This document shows, piece after piece, positions 1 through 8,330 of a DNA stretch of 64,000 nt. The notes below the pieces were generated by a model that was not told the origin of the DNA, searched no databases, and saw nothing but the letters and a program-made list of their open reading frames with translations. Source of the stretch: an uncultured Oscillospiraceae bacterium (lineage in GTDB: Bacteria > Bacillota > Clostridia > Oscillospirales > Oscillospiraceae); contig CANQRM010000005.1 of assembly GCA_947626265.1 (NCBI GenBank), forward strand, positions 46,628 through 110,627. Reading direction: 5' to 3'. Position numbers and translations under genes: made by a program. Within the stretch, counting starts at the first letter, position 1. Every line of letters begins with the position of its first letter.

Positions 1-325
1 TGGTGGCCATGCGGTTTTGCAGGAAGGCCGCCGCCATGGCAGCCGTCAGGCCGAACACACGCCCGCCGGACAGGTCCGTGCCGGTCAGCACGATGCATCC
101 GCCGATGCCCAGAGCCATGGGCAGCGAGGCCGCCGCCAGGATGACCACATTGGCGATGGAGCTGGCGGACAGGAAGTTCTTGTTCACCACGGCGGTGAAG
201 ATGATGAACACGGCCATCAGTATGTACAGGGCGTTGTTCAGAAGCCCGTCCACCCAGTACCTTCTTCTGTCCAGCTGGTCCAGGGCGCGGTACTCCTCCG
301 CCTTCCTCTTAAAATATCCGGTCAT
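1..325 (-). CDS. mglC: Sugar ABC transporter permease, N-terminal part (gene continues past window start)
   Basis: Minus-strand ATG at 323-325 preceded by GAGGAGG. My translation MTGYFKRKAEEYRALDQLDRRRYWVDGLLNNALYILMAVFIIFTAVVNKNFLSASSIANVVILAAASLPMALGIGG... is hydrophobic, like MglC/RbsC permease N-termini. Lies directly downstream of mglA. Absent from the ORF track because there is no stop inside the window. Confidence 0.7.
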   Translation of the reverse strand, partial: MTGYFKRKAEEYRALDQLDRRRYWVDGLLNNALYILMAVFIIFTAVVNKNFLSASSIANVVILAAASLPMALGIGGCIVLTGTDLSGGRVFGLTAAMAAAFLQNRMAT

Positions 326-340
326 ATCTTCCCTGCCTCC

Positions 341-1837
341 TCAAACATATTTCGCGGCCAGCGTCATGATCTCCTCCTGGGTGGCGGTCGCGGCGTCCAC
401 CTCGCCGGCCAGCCGGCCGCCGGACATGACCAGGATGCGGTCGCATATGCCCAGCAGTTCCGGCATCTCCGAGGAGACCATCAGCACGGTCTTGCCCCGG
501 TTGGCCAGGTCCAGGATGAGCTGGTATATCTCGTATTTGGCGCCCACGTCGATGCCCCGGGTGGGCTCATCCAGCAGCAGCACCTCCGGGTCCGTCAGCA
601 GCCACCGGCCGATGATGACCTTCTGCTGGTTGCCGCCGGAGAGAGAGCGTATCTTCGTCTCCTGGGAGGGCGTCTTGGTCCGCATGGAGTCGATGGACCA
701 CTGGGTGTCCTTCTTCATGGAGGCGGAGCTCAAATAAAACCCGAATTTCAGGTGCTTTTTCAGGCTGGATATGACGGTGTTCTCCCGGACATTCAAAATG
801 GAGAAGATGCCCGTGGCCCGGCGTTCCTCGGTGAGCAGCGAGAACCCGTTTTTGATGGACTCCCGGGCGTTCCGGTTCCGGCAGGGCTTACCGTCCAGGG
901 TGATAGTGCCCGATTTGCGGGTCGCCACGCCGAAGATGTTCTCCAGCGTCTCCGTCCGGCCGCTGCCGTCCAGGCCCGCCAGGCCCAGCACCTCGCCCCG
1001 CCGGGCCTCAAAGGACACGTCCTGCAGCAGGGAGTACTGCCCCGACAGGTCCTGCACCTTCAAATACACCTCGCCCGGGGTGTTGGTCTTGGGCGGGAAT
1101 TGGTTCGTAAGCTCCCGGCCCACCATGAGCCGGATGATGTCGTTGACCTCCAGCTCCGCGGCGGGCTTCGTCGCCACGTTGGCCCCGTCCCGCATGACGG
1201 TGATGAAGTCGGAGATGCGCTTGATCTCCGCCATCTTGTGGGAGATGTAGATGATACCGATGCCCTTGTCCCGCAGCATATGGATGATGCGGAACAGGTG
1301 CTCCACCTCCTCCTCGGTGAGGGAGGACGTGGGCTCGTCGAAGACGATGACCTTGGAGTTGTAGGAGACGGCCTTGGCGATCTCCACCATCTGCCGCTGG
1401 CTCACCGGCATGGTACTCATGACCCGCCGGGGGTCAACGTTGATCTCCAGCTCCTTAAATACGGCCATGGTGTCCTTATACATTTTCTTCTCGTCCACCA
1501 TGATGCCCTTTTTGGGGTAGCGGCCCAGCCAGATGTTGTCCATGACCGTGCGCTTCAGGGCCTGGTTCAGCTCCTGGTGCACCATGGCGACGCCGTTGTC
1601 CAGCGCCTCCCGGCTGTTTTTGAAGTTGATCTCCTTCCCCTCCAGGAGGATGGTGCCGCTGTCTTTATTGTAAATGCCGAAAAGGCACTTCATAAGCGTG
1701 GATTTGCCGGCGCCGTTCTCGCCCATGAGGGCGTGGACCGTGCCCGCCTGGAGCTCCAGGGACACGTGGTCCAGGGCCTTGACGCCGGGGAACGTCTTGG
1801 TGATGTCTGTCATTTTCAGGAGGCAGTCATTCTGCAT
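341..1837 (-). CDS. mglA: Galactose/methyl-galactoside-type ABC transporter ATP-binding protein (two fused ATPase domains)
   Basis: ORF 341-2080 trimmed to ATG 1835-1837 (GGAGG upstream; [22 protein letters not shown]...). Contains GENGAGKST Walker A and LSGGNQQK signature. Collinear by eye with E. coli MglA ([29 protein letters not shown], MVHQELN, VKTP...[17 protein letters not shown]). Confidence 0.9.
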   Translation of the reverse strand: MQNDCLLKMTDITKTFPGVKALDHVSLELQAGTVHALMGENGAGKSTLMKCLFGIYNKDSGTILLEGKEINFKNSREALDNGVAMVHQELNQALKRTVMDNIWLGRYPKKGIMVDEKKMYKDTMAVFKELEINVDPRRVMSTMPVSQRQMVEIAKAVSYNSKVIVFDEPTSSLTEEEVEHLFRIIHMLRDKGIGIIYISHKMAEIKRISDFITVMRDGANVATKPAAELEVNDIIRLMVGRELTNQFPPKTNTPGEVYLKVQDLSGQYSLLQDVSFEARRGEVLGLAGLDGSGRTETLENIFGVATRKSGTITLDGKPCRNRNARESIKNGFSLLTEERRATGIFSILNVRENTVISSLKKHLKFGFYLSSASMKKDTQWSIDSMRTKTPSQETKIRSLSGGNQQKVIIGRWLLTDPEVLLLDEPTRGIDVGAKYEIYQLILDLANRGKTVLMVSSEMPELLGICDRILVMSGGRLAGEVDAATATQEEIMTLAAKYV

Positions 1838-1903
1838 ACCTTCATTCCTCCCCTGCTGCTGATGTTGGGCCGCGCTGGCGGCCATGCCGGTACAATTACC
1901 GAC

Positions 1904-1932
1904 GGGGCAGCCGCCGGAAAGGCGGCTGCCCC
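1904..1932 (-). promoter_or_regulatory. Intercistronic GC-rich stem-loop between mglB and mglA
   Basis: GGGGCAGCCGCC-ggaaa-GGCGGCTGCCCC, a perfect 12-bp stem in the 121-nt gap between the binding-protein and ATPase genes. This is the typical position for an mRNA-stabilising or attenuating hairpin in ABC operons. Confidence 0.5.
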
Positions 1933-1958
1933 TGGAAACTATGTGCGTTTGGAATAAA

Positions 1959-3071
1959 TTACGCGGTGAAGGGAGCGTAAGCCACGAACAGCTTGTTGGC
2001 AAAGCCCTCGGCCACGGAGAACATCTCGTCGGACTCGGCGACCGCAGAGACGGCGTCGGCCATGGTGCTCTCGCCGGCAAGGCCCTTCAGCACGCCGGTG
2101 ATGGCGGCGGCCATGCCCACGTTATCCTGCTTGACGGTGCCGGTCATCTGATCGGCGGCGATGGCGTCCTGGGCCACCTGGGTGGCGTCCACGCCGAACA
2201 CAGGGATCTTGGTGCACTCGCCGTCGCCCATGTTGTAGCCCACAGCCTGCAGGGCGGAGATGGCGCCGATGGCCATATCGTCGTTGTTGGCGATGACCAG
2301 CTCGATCATGTTGCCGTTGGCCTCGCTGTACTCAGCCAGGTTAGTGCTCATGAAGTCGAACGCAGCCGCGCTGGACCAGGCGCCGTTGGGGTCAAGCTGA
2401 TACTTATCGGTGTTGCTCTCGTTGAAGTAGACCAGCGCGGGCTTGCCGTTCTCGGTCAGGATGGCGTCGGCGTCCTCCACGCCGAACTGGGTGCGGTAGA
2501 TGGCCTCCACGTTGGCAGCGTCGCCCATGAACATGGCGTAGGAGATGGCCCCGTCGCCGTTCAGGTCGACCTCGTCATAGTTCTCCATCAGGAACTCGCC
2601 GATCATCTGGCCCTGCATGTGGCCGGCCTCGGGGGCGTCGGTGCCGATGAAGGAGATGTTTTCGTGGGCGTCCAGAACGGTGTGCTCCTCACCGTCGCCT
2701 TCCACGGCGCGGTTGAAGAAGATCACGGGCAGGTCGCCGGCGGCCTGCAGGATCTGCTCGGCGGCGTCGGCGGAGCCGGAGGTGACCAGGTTCACCACCA
2801 GCACGTTGTAGCCGTTGGTAACGGCGGTCTGGACCTGCTCCAGCTGGGTGGCCTGGGTGTTGTTGGCGTCGAAGTCGTCATAGTCGATGCCGGCCTCCTC
2901 CAGCTGCTCGTTCAGGGACGCGCGGACCGTGGACAGGAACGCGTCGCTGAAGGCATACCAGAACACGCCCACCTTCAGGCCGCTGACGTCGGGCTCCTCC
3001 GCCGCAAAGGCGACGGCGCCCAGGCTCATGACCATAGCCAGCGCCAGGACGATCGCAAGGAATTTCTTCAT
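1959..3071 (-). CDS. mglB: Secreted sugar-binding protein of ABC transporter (galactose/glucose-binding type)
   Basis: 370 aa with N-terminal signal peptide [23 protein letters not shown]. Periplasmic-binding-protein type I look ([35 protein letters not shown]). First gene of the operon with mglA/mglC. RBS AAAAGGAGA upstream. Confidence 0.85.
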   Translation of the reverse strand: MKKFLAIVLALAMVMSLGAVAFAAEEPDVSGLKVGVFWYAFSDAFLSTVRASLNEQLEEAGIDYDDFDANNTQATQLEQVQTAVTNGYNVLVVNLVTSGSADAAEQILQAAGDLPVIFFNRAVEGDGEEHTVLDAHENISFIGTDAPEAGHMQGQMIGEFLMENYDEVDLNGDGAISYAMFMGDAANVEAIYRTQFGVEDADAILTENGKPALVYFNESNTDKYQLDPNGAWSSAAAFDFMSTNLAEYSEANGNMIELVIANNDDMAIGAISALQAVGYNMGDGECTKIPVFGVDATQVAQDAIAADQMTGTVKQDNVGMAAAITGVLKGLAGESTMADAVSAVAESDEMFSVAEGFANKLFVAYAPFTA

Positions 3072-3178
3072 AGGTGTAGTCTCCTTTTCAGATATTTGCC
3101 GGGGTCATGGATGAGAAAGAGCGCGGATATGGGCCCTTCTCCGTTACGAAACGCTTATGTACCCCCACATTTAAGTCA

Positions 3179-3207
3179 ATCTTACCAATTATTTATTCTC
3201 TTGTCAA
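3179..3207 (-). promoter_or_regulatory. Putative sigma-A promoter of the mglBAC operon
   Basis: On the minus strand: TTGACA (3202-3207), 17-nt spacer, TAAGAT (3179-3184), in an AT-rich stretch about 100 nt upstream of mglB. Confidence 0.5.
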
Positions 3208-3265
3208 CAACTTTTGTAAATTGTGAATAAATTGATATTCTTTGTGTAAAAGCGGGATAATAAGT

Positions 3266-3289
3266 GCGGCCCGGCGCAGGCCGGACCGC
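3266..3289 (-). terminator. Putative terminator of the lipoprotein gene
   Basis: GCGGCCCGGC-gcag-GCCGGACCGC hairpin (one G-U pair) just downstream of the stop at 3297, followed on the minus strand by a moderately U-rich tail. Confidence 0.4.
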
Positions 3290-3296
3290 TCATCTC

Positions 3297-3656
3297 TCAC
3301 TTGTCGCTGTCGGACTTGGGCGTCGCCTCGGGGTTATCGCCGGTCAGGTGGCCGATGGCATCCTCGCCGGCCTGGGCCACGTCGTCCACGGCGTCTTTGC
3401 CGCCCTGTATCAGGTCGTCCACCGCGTCCTCGCCGGCGCCAATGACGCCGTCTTCCGCGTCATGGTCCTCGTCGATGACGCCGTCGGCAGTCCTGTCGGT
3501 GGGCGCGGGGCTGGGGGCCGGAGTGGCCGTGGGCTGTGCCGTGGCGGTGGCCGCCGGGGTGGGAGACGCCTTGACAGCCTCCGTATCCCTGGAGCAGCCG
3601 GCCAGGGCCGAAAGGACCAGGACCGCCGCCAGCAGGGTGGAAATGATGGTCTTCAT
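3297..3656 (-). CDS. Small acidic lipoprotein, unknown function
   Basis: ORF 3297-3695 trimmed to ATG 3654-3656 (GGAGG upstream). MKTIISTLLAAVLVLSALAGC has a lipobox (LAGC), followed by a Pro/Thr/Ala linker and a Asp-rich repeat-like tail. Confidence 0.7.
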   Translation of the reverse strand: MKTIISTLLAAVLVLSALAGCSRDTEAVKASPTPAATATAQPTATPAPSPAPTDRTADGVIDEDHDAEDGVIGAGEDAVDDLIQGGKDAVDDVAQAGEDAIGHLTGDNPEATPKSDSDK

Positions 3657-3793
3657 CACGTATGCCTCCATTGAACTTAAAATTTGTACAAGCACTATTA
3701 TGCCAACTTTTCACCGAAACTTTCATAGGCGTATAAAAATAGCGCTGGAAATATCTGATTGCAATGAAGGCGCGACTATGTAATAATGGGACC

Positions 3794-4300
3794 ATGGAAC
3801 GGGAAAAGACATGCTGCTTCACCGGCCACCGGGCCGACAAGCTGCCCTGGGGCGATAACGAGCGTGACCCCAGATGTTTGAAACTGAAAGAGGCTATCGC
3901 TGACGTGCTCTCCTCGCTGTACGCGGCCGGCTGCCGTCACTTCATCTGCGGCATGGCCACCGGCGCGGACATGTACTTTGGCGAGGCGGTGGTGGCCCTG
4001 CGGGACGAGCACCCGGACGTGACCCTGGAGGCCGCCGTGCCCCACGCGGGCCAGGAGGCAAAGTGGAGCGGCTTCTGGAAAAGCCGCTACTTCCGCCTGG
4101 CGGAGGAGTGCGACACGCTCACCGTCCTGCACCGGGCCTATACCCCTGACTGCATGATGGACCGCAACCGGTACATGGTGGACGCCTCCCACTACCTGAT
4201 CGCCGCCTACAACGGCTCCCCCGGCGGCACCCGCGCCACCATGCTCTACGCCATGCGCCAAGGTTTGGAGATAATTGAATTGGAAATAGACGGAAAATAG
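3794..4300 (+). CDS. SLOG-family protein (DUF1273/YpsA-like)
   Basis: MEREKTCCFTGHRADKLPW...GMATGADMYFGEAVVALR...DRNRYMVDASHYLIAAYNGSPGGT matches the DUF1273 pattern (CFTGHR, G.A.G.D, RN..MVD). Alternative upstream ATG at 3764. Confidence 0.8.
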   Translation: MEREKTCCFTGHRADKLPWGDNERDPRCLKLKEAIADVLSSLYAAGCRHFICGMATGADMYFGEAVVALRDEHPDVTLEAAVPHAGQEAKWSGFWKSRYFRLAEECDTLTVLHRAYTPDCMMDRNRYMVDASHYLIAAYNGSPGGTRATMLYAMRQGLEIIELEIDGK

Positions 4301-4323
4301 CGGGACAGGTCACCCTGTCCCGC
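4300..4323. terminator. Bidirectional terminator hairpin between convergent genes
   Basis: GCGGGACAGG-tcac-CCTGTCCCGC, a perfect 10-bp stem between the stop of 3794-4300 (+) and the stop of 4334-4600 (-). Confidence 0.6.
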
Positions 4324-4333
4324 TGTTGCTATA

Positions 4334-4600
4334 TCAGTCAAGCTCCGGCAGCTTCTCCACCGGCCGGCCATATTCATATATGGCGTGGCTGGGGAGATCT
4401 ATCTCGTCGCTCCAAAACACGCAGGTGCGGCTCTCGTCCAGCTGTACCTGCTGGAACAGCCCCGGCACCTCCGCCAGAAGGTGATACTCAGGGAGCTGCA
4501 TATCTTCCTTAACGTCGTACAGGACCTTCCGGCCATCGTCAAAGGCCGCCGCCAGCTGGAAATCCGGGAGCGGGACCAGCCTCAATATCCTCTGGATCAT
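4334..4600 (-). CDS. DUF2442 domain protein
   Basis: ORF 4334-4699 trimmed to MIQRILRLVPLPDFQLAAAFDDGRKVLYDVKEDM...VQLDESRTCVFWSDEIDLPSHAIYEYG, the typical DUF2442 pattern (F.DG...D....F..V.vD...g...W..eiDl.pd.lY). Confidence 0.75.
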   Translation of the reverse strand: MIQRILRLVPLPDFQLAAAFDDGRKVLYDVKEDMQLPEYHLLAEVPGLFQQVQLDESRTCVFWSDEIDLPSHAIYEYGRPVEKLPELD

Positions 4601-4613
4601 ACCCGGCACCTCC

Positions 4614-4865
4614 TCACAGCGGCGGGAGCTTTCGGATGGTCTGGCTCTCCCACATCTCCTGCAGCTCCGCCTGATGGGCTCCCATCCATTCACGGACAAG
4701 CTCCTGGGCCTTGAGCGGCAGATCGCCCTGGATCATTTCCATGCTCTGGATATTGAATTCTCCCATATATTCCCCATACAGGGCGTGTATATGGCTGGGC
4801 TCATGCTCCTTTGGTTTGAAAAACATCTTGATCACGATGCCATAAAACCGTGCTATCTCCGGCAT
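4614..4865 (-). CDS. DUF4160 domain protein
   Basis: MPEIARFYGIVIKMFFKPKEHEPSHIHALYGEYMGEF matches the DUF4160 N-terminal signature (MP.I..FYGI.I.M....H.PpH.Ha.Y). Forms a two-gene cassette with the DUF2442 gene 14 nt downstream. Confidence 0.8.
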   Translation of the reverse strand: MPEIARFYGIVIKMFFKPKEHEPSHIHALYGEYMGEFNIQSMEMIQGDLPLKAQELVREWMGAHQAELQEMWESQTIRKLPPL

Positions 4866-5086
4866 AGCCCTTCACTCCTTTCCAGCGTCCCGCTCGATGG
4901 TTCTTTTTCTAGTATAATCACATTATAACATACAAGTCAATCAAAACAGAAAACCCCGGGGGCCTTCTTTCAAGGCTCACATGAAAGCCCAGCGAAGCGG
5001 GTTTCATGGGAAAAAGGAAGAATGGCCCCGACCGATGTCTGGAGCCTTGCCTGCAAGGATTCAGCATCTTCGGGGCCATTCTAACG

Positions 5087-5133
5087 TGGTGGACGATACA
5101 AGACTCGAACTTGTGACCTCCCGCACGTCAAGC
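5087..5133 (-). repeat. Displaced 3' fragment of tRNA-Val (prophage attachment site, integrase-proximal end)
   Basis: 47 nt collinear with the 3' part of the intact tRNA at 41423-41469, with 3 differences. Identical core tgtgacctcccgcacgtcaagc at 5112-5133 = 41448-41469. No 5' half is present. Confidence 0.85.
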
Positions 5134-5209
5134 CCGCCGTCACGGGTCCCGGCCGCCGTCCATGCCTGCATTTTTCCCGAAAAAGTGCAGGCGTTATCTA
5201 TGGCAATAT

Positions 5210-6409
5210 CTAATTTCCCCCGCTGCTGGGGAACGCGGCCCGGACTTTCTTTATTGTGTCCGCCGGCCGGCCCTGCATGATTTTGACGTACCAGTTTAAC
5301 GTCGTTTCCCCCTTTTTGTGGCCCAGCAGGTATTGGGCCGTGGCAATATCGGCCCCGCCCAAGATAAGCTCCGTAGCATACGACCGCCGCAGCGTGTGGG
5401 GCGTCACGGCAAAGTCAAGGGTATGCGGGCACCCCGTATGGAACCCCCGCCTATTCGCTTTATTGCCGTCGGCGTCCACCTCCCGCGCCTTTGACCGTCT
5501 TTTTTTCGGCCGGTATTCGTCCAGCTGGCGCCGCTCTACCAGGCTCCAAATAGCCCTAAATGCGGCCTGTGTGCAAGGCTGGCCTTTGGTGTCGTGGATA
5601 ACGAAGTCCGACGCCCCCGTGTCCTTTTCGGCCCGCAGCGCCTCCACAAGGGCGTCCGGGATCGTGACGATACGCCGGGCGGCGGTTGTTTTCAGATCAT
5701 CGTACACGACCGGCTCCTTTTTCCCTTTTTCCCATAGCAGCTTGCGGCGGACGTTGATACACGGGGTTTCACCGTCCAGCGTGACGGCGTCCCATTTCAA
5801 CCCCAGGGCCTCCTCCGTCCGCAGGCCGGCATACAGCCCGACCATGACAAAGGTATAGGCCCGCGTCCCCCGGACGGCGTCAATCAGCTTTTCCCGCTGC
5901 TCCGGCGTCAAGCTGTCTTTCTGCTCCACTGTTTTACCCCCCGCCTTTAAGGTTTCGCATGGATTTGTGGACACCAGGCCCTCGGACACCGCCAGGGCAA
6001 AAATGCCCTTTAAGACATAGACGATTTTCTGCTGCATTGAGCGGGACATGTGGGCCTCCGCCTGCATAAGGGCGGCGATATGGGAGGCCGTCACGTCCAT
6101 TATGTGCAGGTCCCCGATATGGGGCAGAATGTGACGCCGCAGGGCCAGGTCAAAATCCTCCAGCCTGGACGCGGACAGCCCGGCCGGCTGCATTTTCATC
6201 CAGACAAGGGCCTCCACCCGGACCGTCGGATTTTTTTGCAGCATGATAAGGCGGTCAATTTCCGCCTGGCGGGCCTTGACCTTTTCGGCCAACTCCGCCT
6301 CCGTCCGGGCGTAGACCTTGATATACTTTCCCCGTTCATCCCGTAAATACTGCTGATATGGATATTTGACCGCCAACGTGTCCACCCCCCGGCGGCAAAG
6401 GCCCGGCAT
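5210..6409 (-). CDS. int: Tyrosine recombinase / phage integrase
   Basis: 399 aa. C-terminal catalytic pattern ...AGLRTEEALGLKW...HTLRRSYATELILGGADIATAQYLLGHKKGETTLNWYV (R, H-x-x-R, H, Y). Adjacent to the att repeat. Confidence 0.95.
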   Translation of the reverse strand: MPGLCRRGVDTLAVKYPYQQYLRDERGKYIKVYARTEAELAEKVKARQAEIDRLIMLQKNPTVRVEALVWMKMQPAGLSASRLEDFDLALRRHILPHIGDLHIMDVTASHIAALMQAEAHMSRSMQQKIVYVLKGIFALAVSEGLVSTNPCETLKAGGKTVEQKDSLTPEQREKLIDAVRGTRAYTFVMVGLYAGLRTEEALGLKWDAVTLDGETPCINVRRKLLWEKGKKEPVVYDDLKTTAARRIVTIPDALVEALRAEKDTGASDFVIHDTKGQPCTQAAFRAIWSLVERRQLDEYRPKKRRSKAREVDADGNKANRRGFHTGCPHTLDFAVTPHTLRRSYATELILGGADIATAQYLLGHKKGETTLNWYVKIMQGRPADTIKKVRAAFPSSGGN

Positions 6410-6450
6410 ACGCCGGGCCTTTTATTTTTTCATATAGTCCGCCAGACGGA

Positions 6451-6972
6451 TCACGACGCCGCCGTGCCGGTTTCTTTTTTCTCAAATGGCGCCAGTATGC
6501 GCCTTATGGCCGCCTGCACATCTGCCGGGGCAGCGTGATAAGCCTGCAATATATTTGTGTCCATTTCGGACACGTTGCCCCCATCCGCTGGAAGAATCCC
6601 CAGGGAATAGGCGTTGCCCTCTATGTATTCCCGCCATGTTGACCCCTGCCCTATCGTTTCAGCCATATCAATAAGGCAGCTCCGGGTGTCGGCGCTGCTA
6701 TTGTGCGCCCAAAATATCGCCTTGCCGAGATCGTCCAAATCGTCATATCCCGCCTCTGACATGCTGACCTCCAGGAAGTCCTGGAAAAAGTCATATATCG
6801 GCACCTTGAACGCCTCGGCCATTTTTTGCAACACTTCAACGCTGGGGGTAATGCCGCCCAACTCGTATTTTGTGTATGTAGATCGGCCGACGTTTAGTAT
6901 TTTCGCCGCCTGCTCTTGCGTAAGGCCAGCCCGTAACCGCATTTTTTTGATTTTTTCGCCTAATTCGGTCAT
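6451..6972 (-). CDS. XRE-family HTH repressor (CI-like)
   Basis: ORF 6451-7485 trimmed to ATG 6970-6972. MTELGEKIKKMRLRAGLTQEQAAKILNVGRSTYTKYELGGITPSVEVLQKMAEAFKVPIYDFF is a canonical HTH_3 domain. Divergent from the early operon. The C-terminal roughly 100 aa show no S24 peptidase motif. Confidence 0.85.
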   Translation of the reverse strand: MTELGEKIKKMRLRAGLTQEQAAKILNVGRSTYTKYELGGITPSVEVLQKMAEAFKVPIYDFFQDFLEVSMSEAGYDDLDDLGKAIFWAHNSSADTRSCLIDMAETIGQGSTWREYIEGNAYSLGILPADGGNVSEMDTNILQAYHAAPADVQAAIRRILAPFEKKETGTAAS

Positions 6973-6988
6973 GTCAATCACCCACAAT

Positions 6989-7017
6989 ATTTTAGCTTGC
7001 CTTTTGTGCAACTTCAA
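6989..7017 (-). promoter_or_regulatory. Putative repressor (maintenance) promoter
   Basis: Minus strand: TTGAAG (7012-7017), 17 nt, TAAAAT (6989-6994), 16 nt upstream of the repressor ATG. Confidence 0.45.
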
Positions 7018-7039
7018 TAAATGTTCTAAAGAATCACAT

Positions 7040-7090
7040 TTGTTATTGACAATAACAATTAACAATGGTATTTTGTTCTTGTAAAGAACA
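7040..7090. promoter_or_regulatory. Operator-like palindromes of the lysis/lysogeny switch
   Basis: TTGTTATTG-A-CAATAACAA (7040-7058, perfect 9-bp arms, overlaps the -35 of the early promoter) and TGTTCTT-GTA-AAGAACA (7074-7090, perfect 7-bp arms, overlaps -10/+1). AT-rich intergenic region between divergent genes. Confidence 0.5.
7046..7074 (+). promoter_or_regulatory. Putative early lytic promoter
   Basis: TTGACA (7046-7051), 17-nt spacer, TATTTT (7069-7074) with TGg just upstream. Followed by AGGAGG and ATG at 7120. Confidence 0.5.
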
Positions 7091-7119
7091 TTACAGGCCA
7101 AAGGCCAGGAGGTAAGAAC

Positions 7120-7581
7120 ATGGAACGCCTTTACACCTACACCGGCAACATCAGCAGCTTTTCCGTTACTAAAACCCCGTCCGGCATTTCTGACATGGAC
7201 ATGATCGTAGACGACCTTTGGGACCGCGACAAAGCGCCCACCAGGTTGCAGGCATGGGGCGAAATGGCCGAATATCTGGCCGACCTGTCCGACACCGACG
7301 ACGAGGAAAAGTACCTGCAAAAGGAAATCTTCTATGATGAACTGCTGACAGTTAAGTACATCGTGATCCACGCCGACGAATCCAAAAGCGACACTTTCCG
7401 CCCCCGCCCCGCAAAGATTATCGCCATGCTGCCCGACGACCCCGCTTTTTCCACGAAAATTATTGTTTTTGGACCCGCTGAACACATCAACACCGGCAAG
7501 CCGGTCGAAATGAGCAAAGAGGAATGGGGCCGTTTCCTTGACTGGAAGCGCGACAACGAACTTTATCGCCTCAAGATTTGA
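7120..7581 (+). CDS. Hypothetical early phage protein
   Basis: 153-aa ORF with a strong RBS (AGGAGGtaagaacATG). First gene after the switch. No motif recognised. Confidence 0.7.
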   Translation: MERLYTYTGNISSFSVTKTPSGISDMDMIVDDLWDRDKAPTRLQAWGEMAEYLADLSDTDDEEKYLQKEIFYDELLTVKYIVIHADESKSDTFRPRPAKIIAMLPDDPAFSTKIIVFGPAEHINTGKPVEMSKEEWGRFLDWKRDNELYRLKI

Positions 7582-7638
7582 AAAAACACCCCCGCCCCCC
7601 TACCGGGGGCGGGCACGAAAAAAGCCAGGAGGTAAGAC

Positions 7639-8079
7639 ATGAGAAAGTATTTTTACACCTTTGGAACCGACGAGCGTTTCCCGTTTTCCGGCGGCTGGAT
7701 CACCATAGAGGCCCCAGACGTCACGACGGCGCACGCCGTTTTCCGCGCCCTGTACCCCGACCGCACCCCCGGCGTGCTGAACTGCGCCGACTATTACCCG
7801 GAGGCGGTTTTCATGGAAACGGGAATGTTTAAGGGCAACCGGGGCGCCGGCTGCCATAGGTACGTCACCTATGGCGAGGCCCTGCACATTCTCCCCCACA
7901 TCGAAATCACCATTGACGGCCGCAAAATAAGCGCCTTGCCGCAGACATGGCGCCAGGCATACGACACCATTCAGAACTGCGCCTCCGTTTCCCCGTTTGC
8001 CCGCGCCGTCGCCGTCGGCCCGGACGGCAAGCGCCGGGAATATACCACCAACGGCCACCGCGCCGTGGCCGCCAGGTAA
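7639..8079 (+). CDS. Hypothetical early phage protein
   Basis: 146-aa ORF with RBS AGGAGGtaagacATG. The N-terminus YFYTFGTDERFPFSGGWITIEA...CADYYPEAVF...GAGCH resembles a small domain I have seen in phage early regions. Function unknown. Confidence 0.7.
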   Translation: MRKYFYTFGTDERFPFSGGWITIEAPDVTTAHAVFRALYPDRTPGVLNCADYYPEAVFMETGMFKGNRGAGCHRYVTYGEALHILPHIEITIDGRKISALPQTWRQAYDTIQNCASVSPFARAVAVGPDGKRREYTTNGHRAVAAR

Positions 8080-8089
8080 GGAGGGCGCC

Positions 8090-8329
8090 ATGGGAGAAAG
8101 AGAATACACCCTCCGGCTGACCGCCGAGGAGCTTTGCACTGTCCGCTTTGAACTGGACCTCCTGGCCCAGCAGCACGACCAACACGCCGCCGCGACGGAC
8201 GAACAGGTAGCGCACGGATTTAACACCCGCGAGGCCGGCGAATACTGGCGCGAACAGGCCGCGCTTTGCCGGGCCGTCGTCAAAAAGGCCCAGGCCGCCC
8301 TGGACGCCGGCCCCAGCGGGGAGGTGTGA
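8090..8329 (+). CDS. Small hypothetical protein (paralogue 1 of tandem set)
   Basis: ATG 8090 after GGAGGG. MGEREYTLRLTAEELCTVRFELDLLAQQH...YWREQAALCRAVVKKAQAAL. Similar to the next gene. Confidence 0.6.
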   Translation: MGEREYTLRLTAEELCTVRFELDLLAQQHDQHAAATDEQVAHGFNTREAGEYWREQAALCRAVVKKAQAALDAGPSGEV

Positions 8330-8330
8330 T

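Noticed and set aside
17-1957. Very long alternative-frame or antisense ORFs throughout the window. Examples: 17-1957 +, 11511-12989 -, 20485-21834 -, 24493-26478 -, 29156-30943 -, 31555-33600 -, 35089-36966 -, 39522-40907 -, 43964-45394 +, 48256-49257 +, 54681-56819 -, 58129-59589 +, 59489-60979 +.
   Set aside because: Their translations are Arg/Gly/Ala/Pro-rich low-complexity strings with no motifs. They overlap ORFs that have clear family signatures and ribosome-binding sites. Stop-poor alternative frames are expected in GC-rich DNA.
3242-3840. Several overlapping ORFs on both strands around the lipoprotein gene (3242-3445 +, 3264-3674 +, 3301-3783 +, 3460-3840 -).
   Set aside because: Only 3297-3656 (-) has an RBS, a signal peptide and a lipobox. 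The others are frame noise over the same GC-rich repeat-like sequence.
6400-6431. Hairpin GGCCCGGC-atac-GCCGGGCC followed by a T-run, overlapping the integrase start codon, considered as a plus-strand terminator.
   Set aside because: No plus-strand gene reads into it. On the minus strand it lacks a proper U tract. It may modulate int translation or isolate int from repressor transcription, but the sequence alone does not support a firm call.
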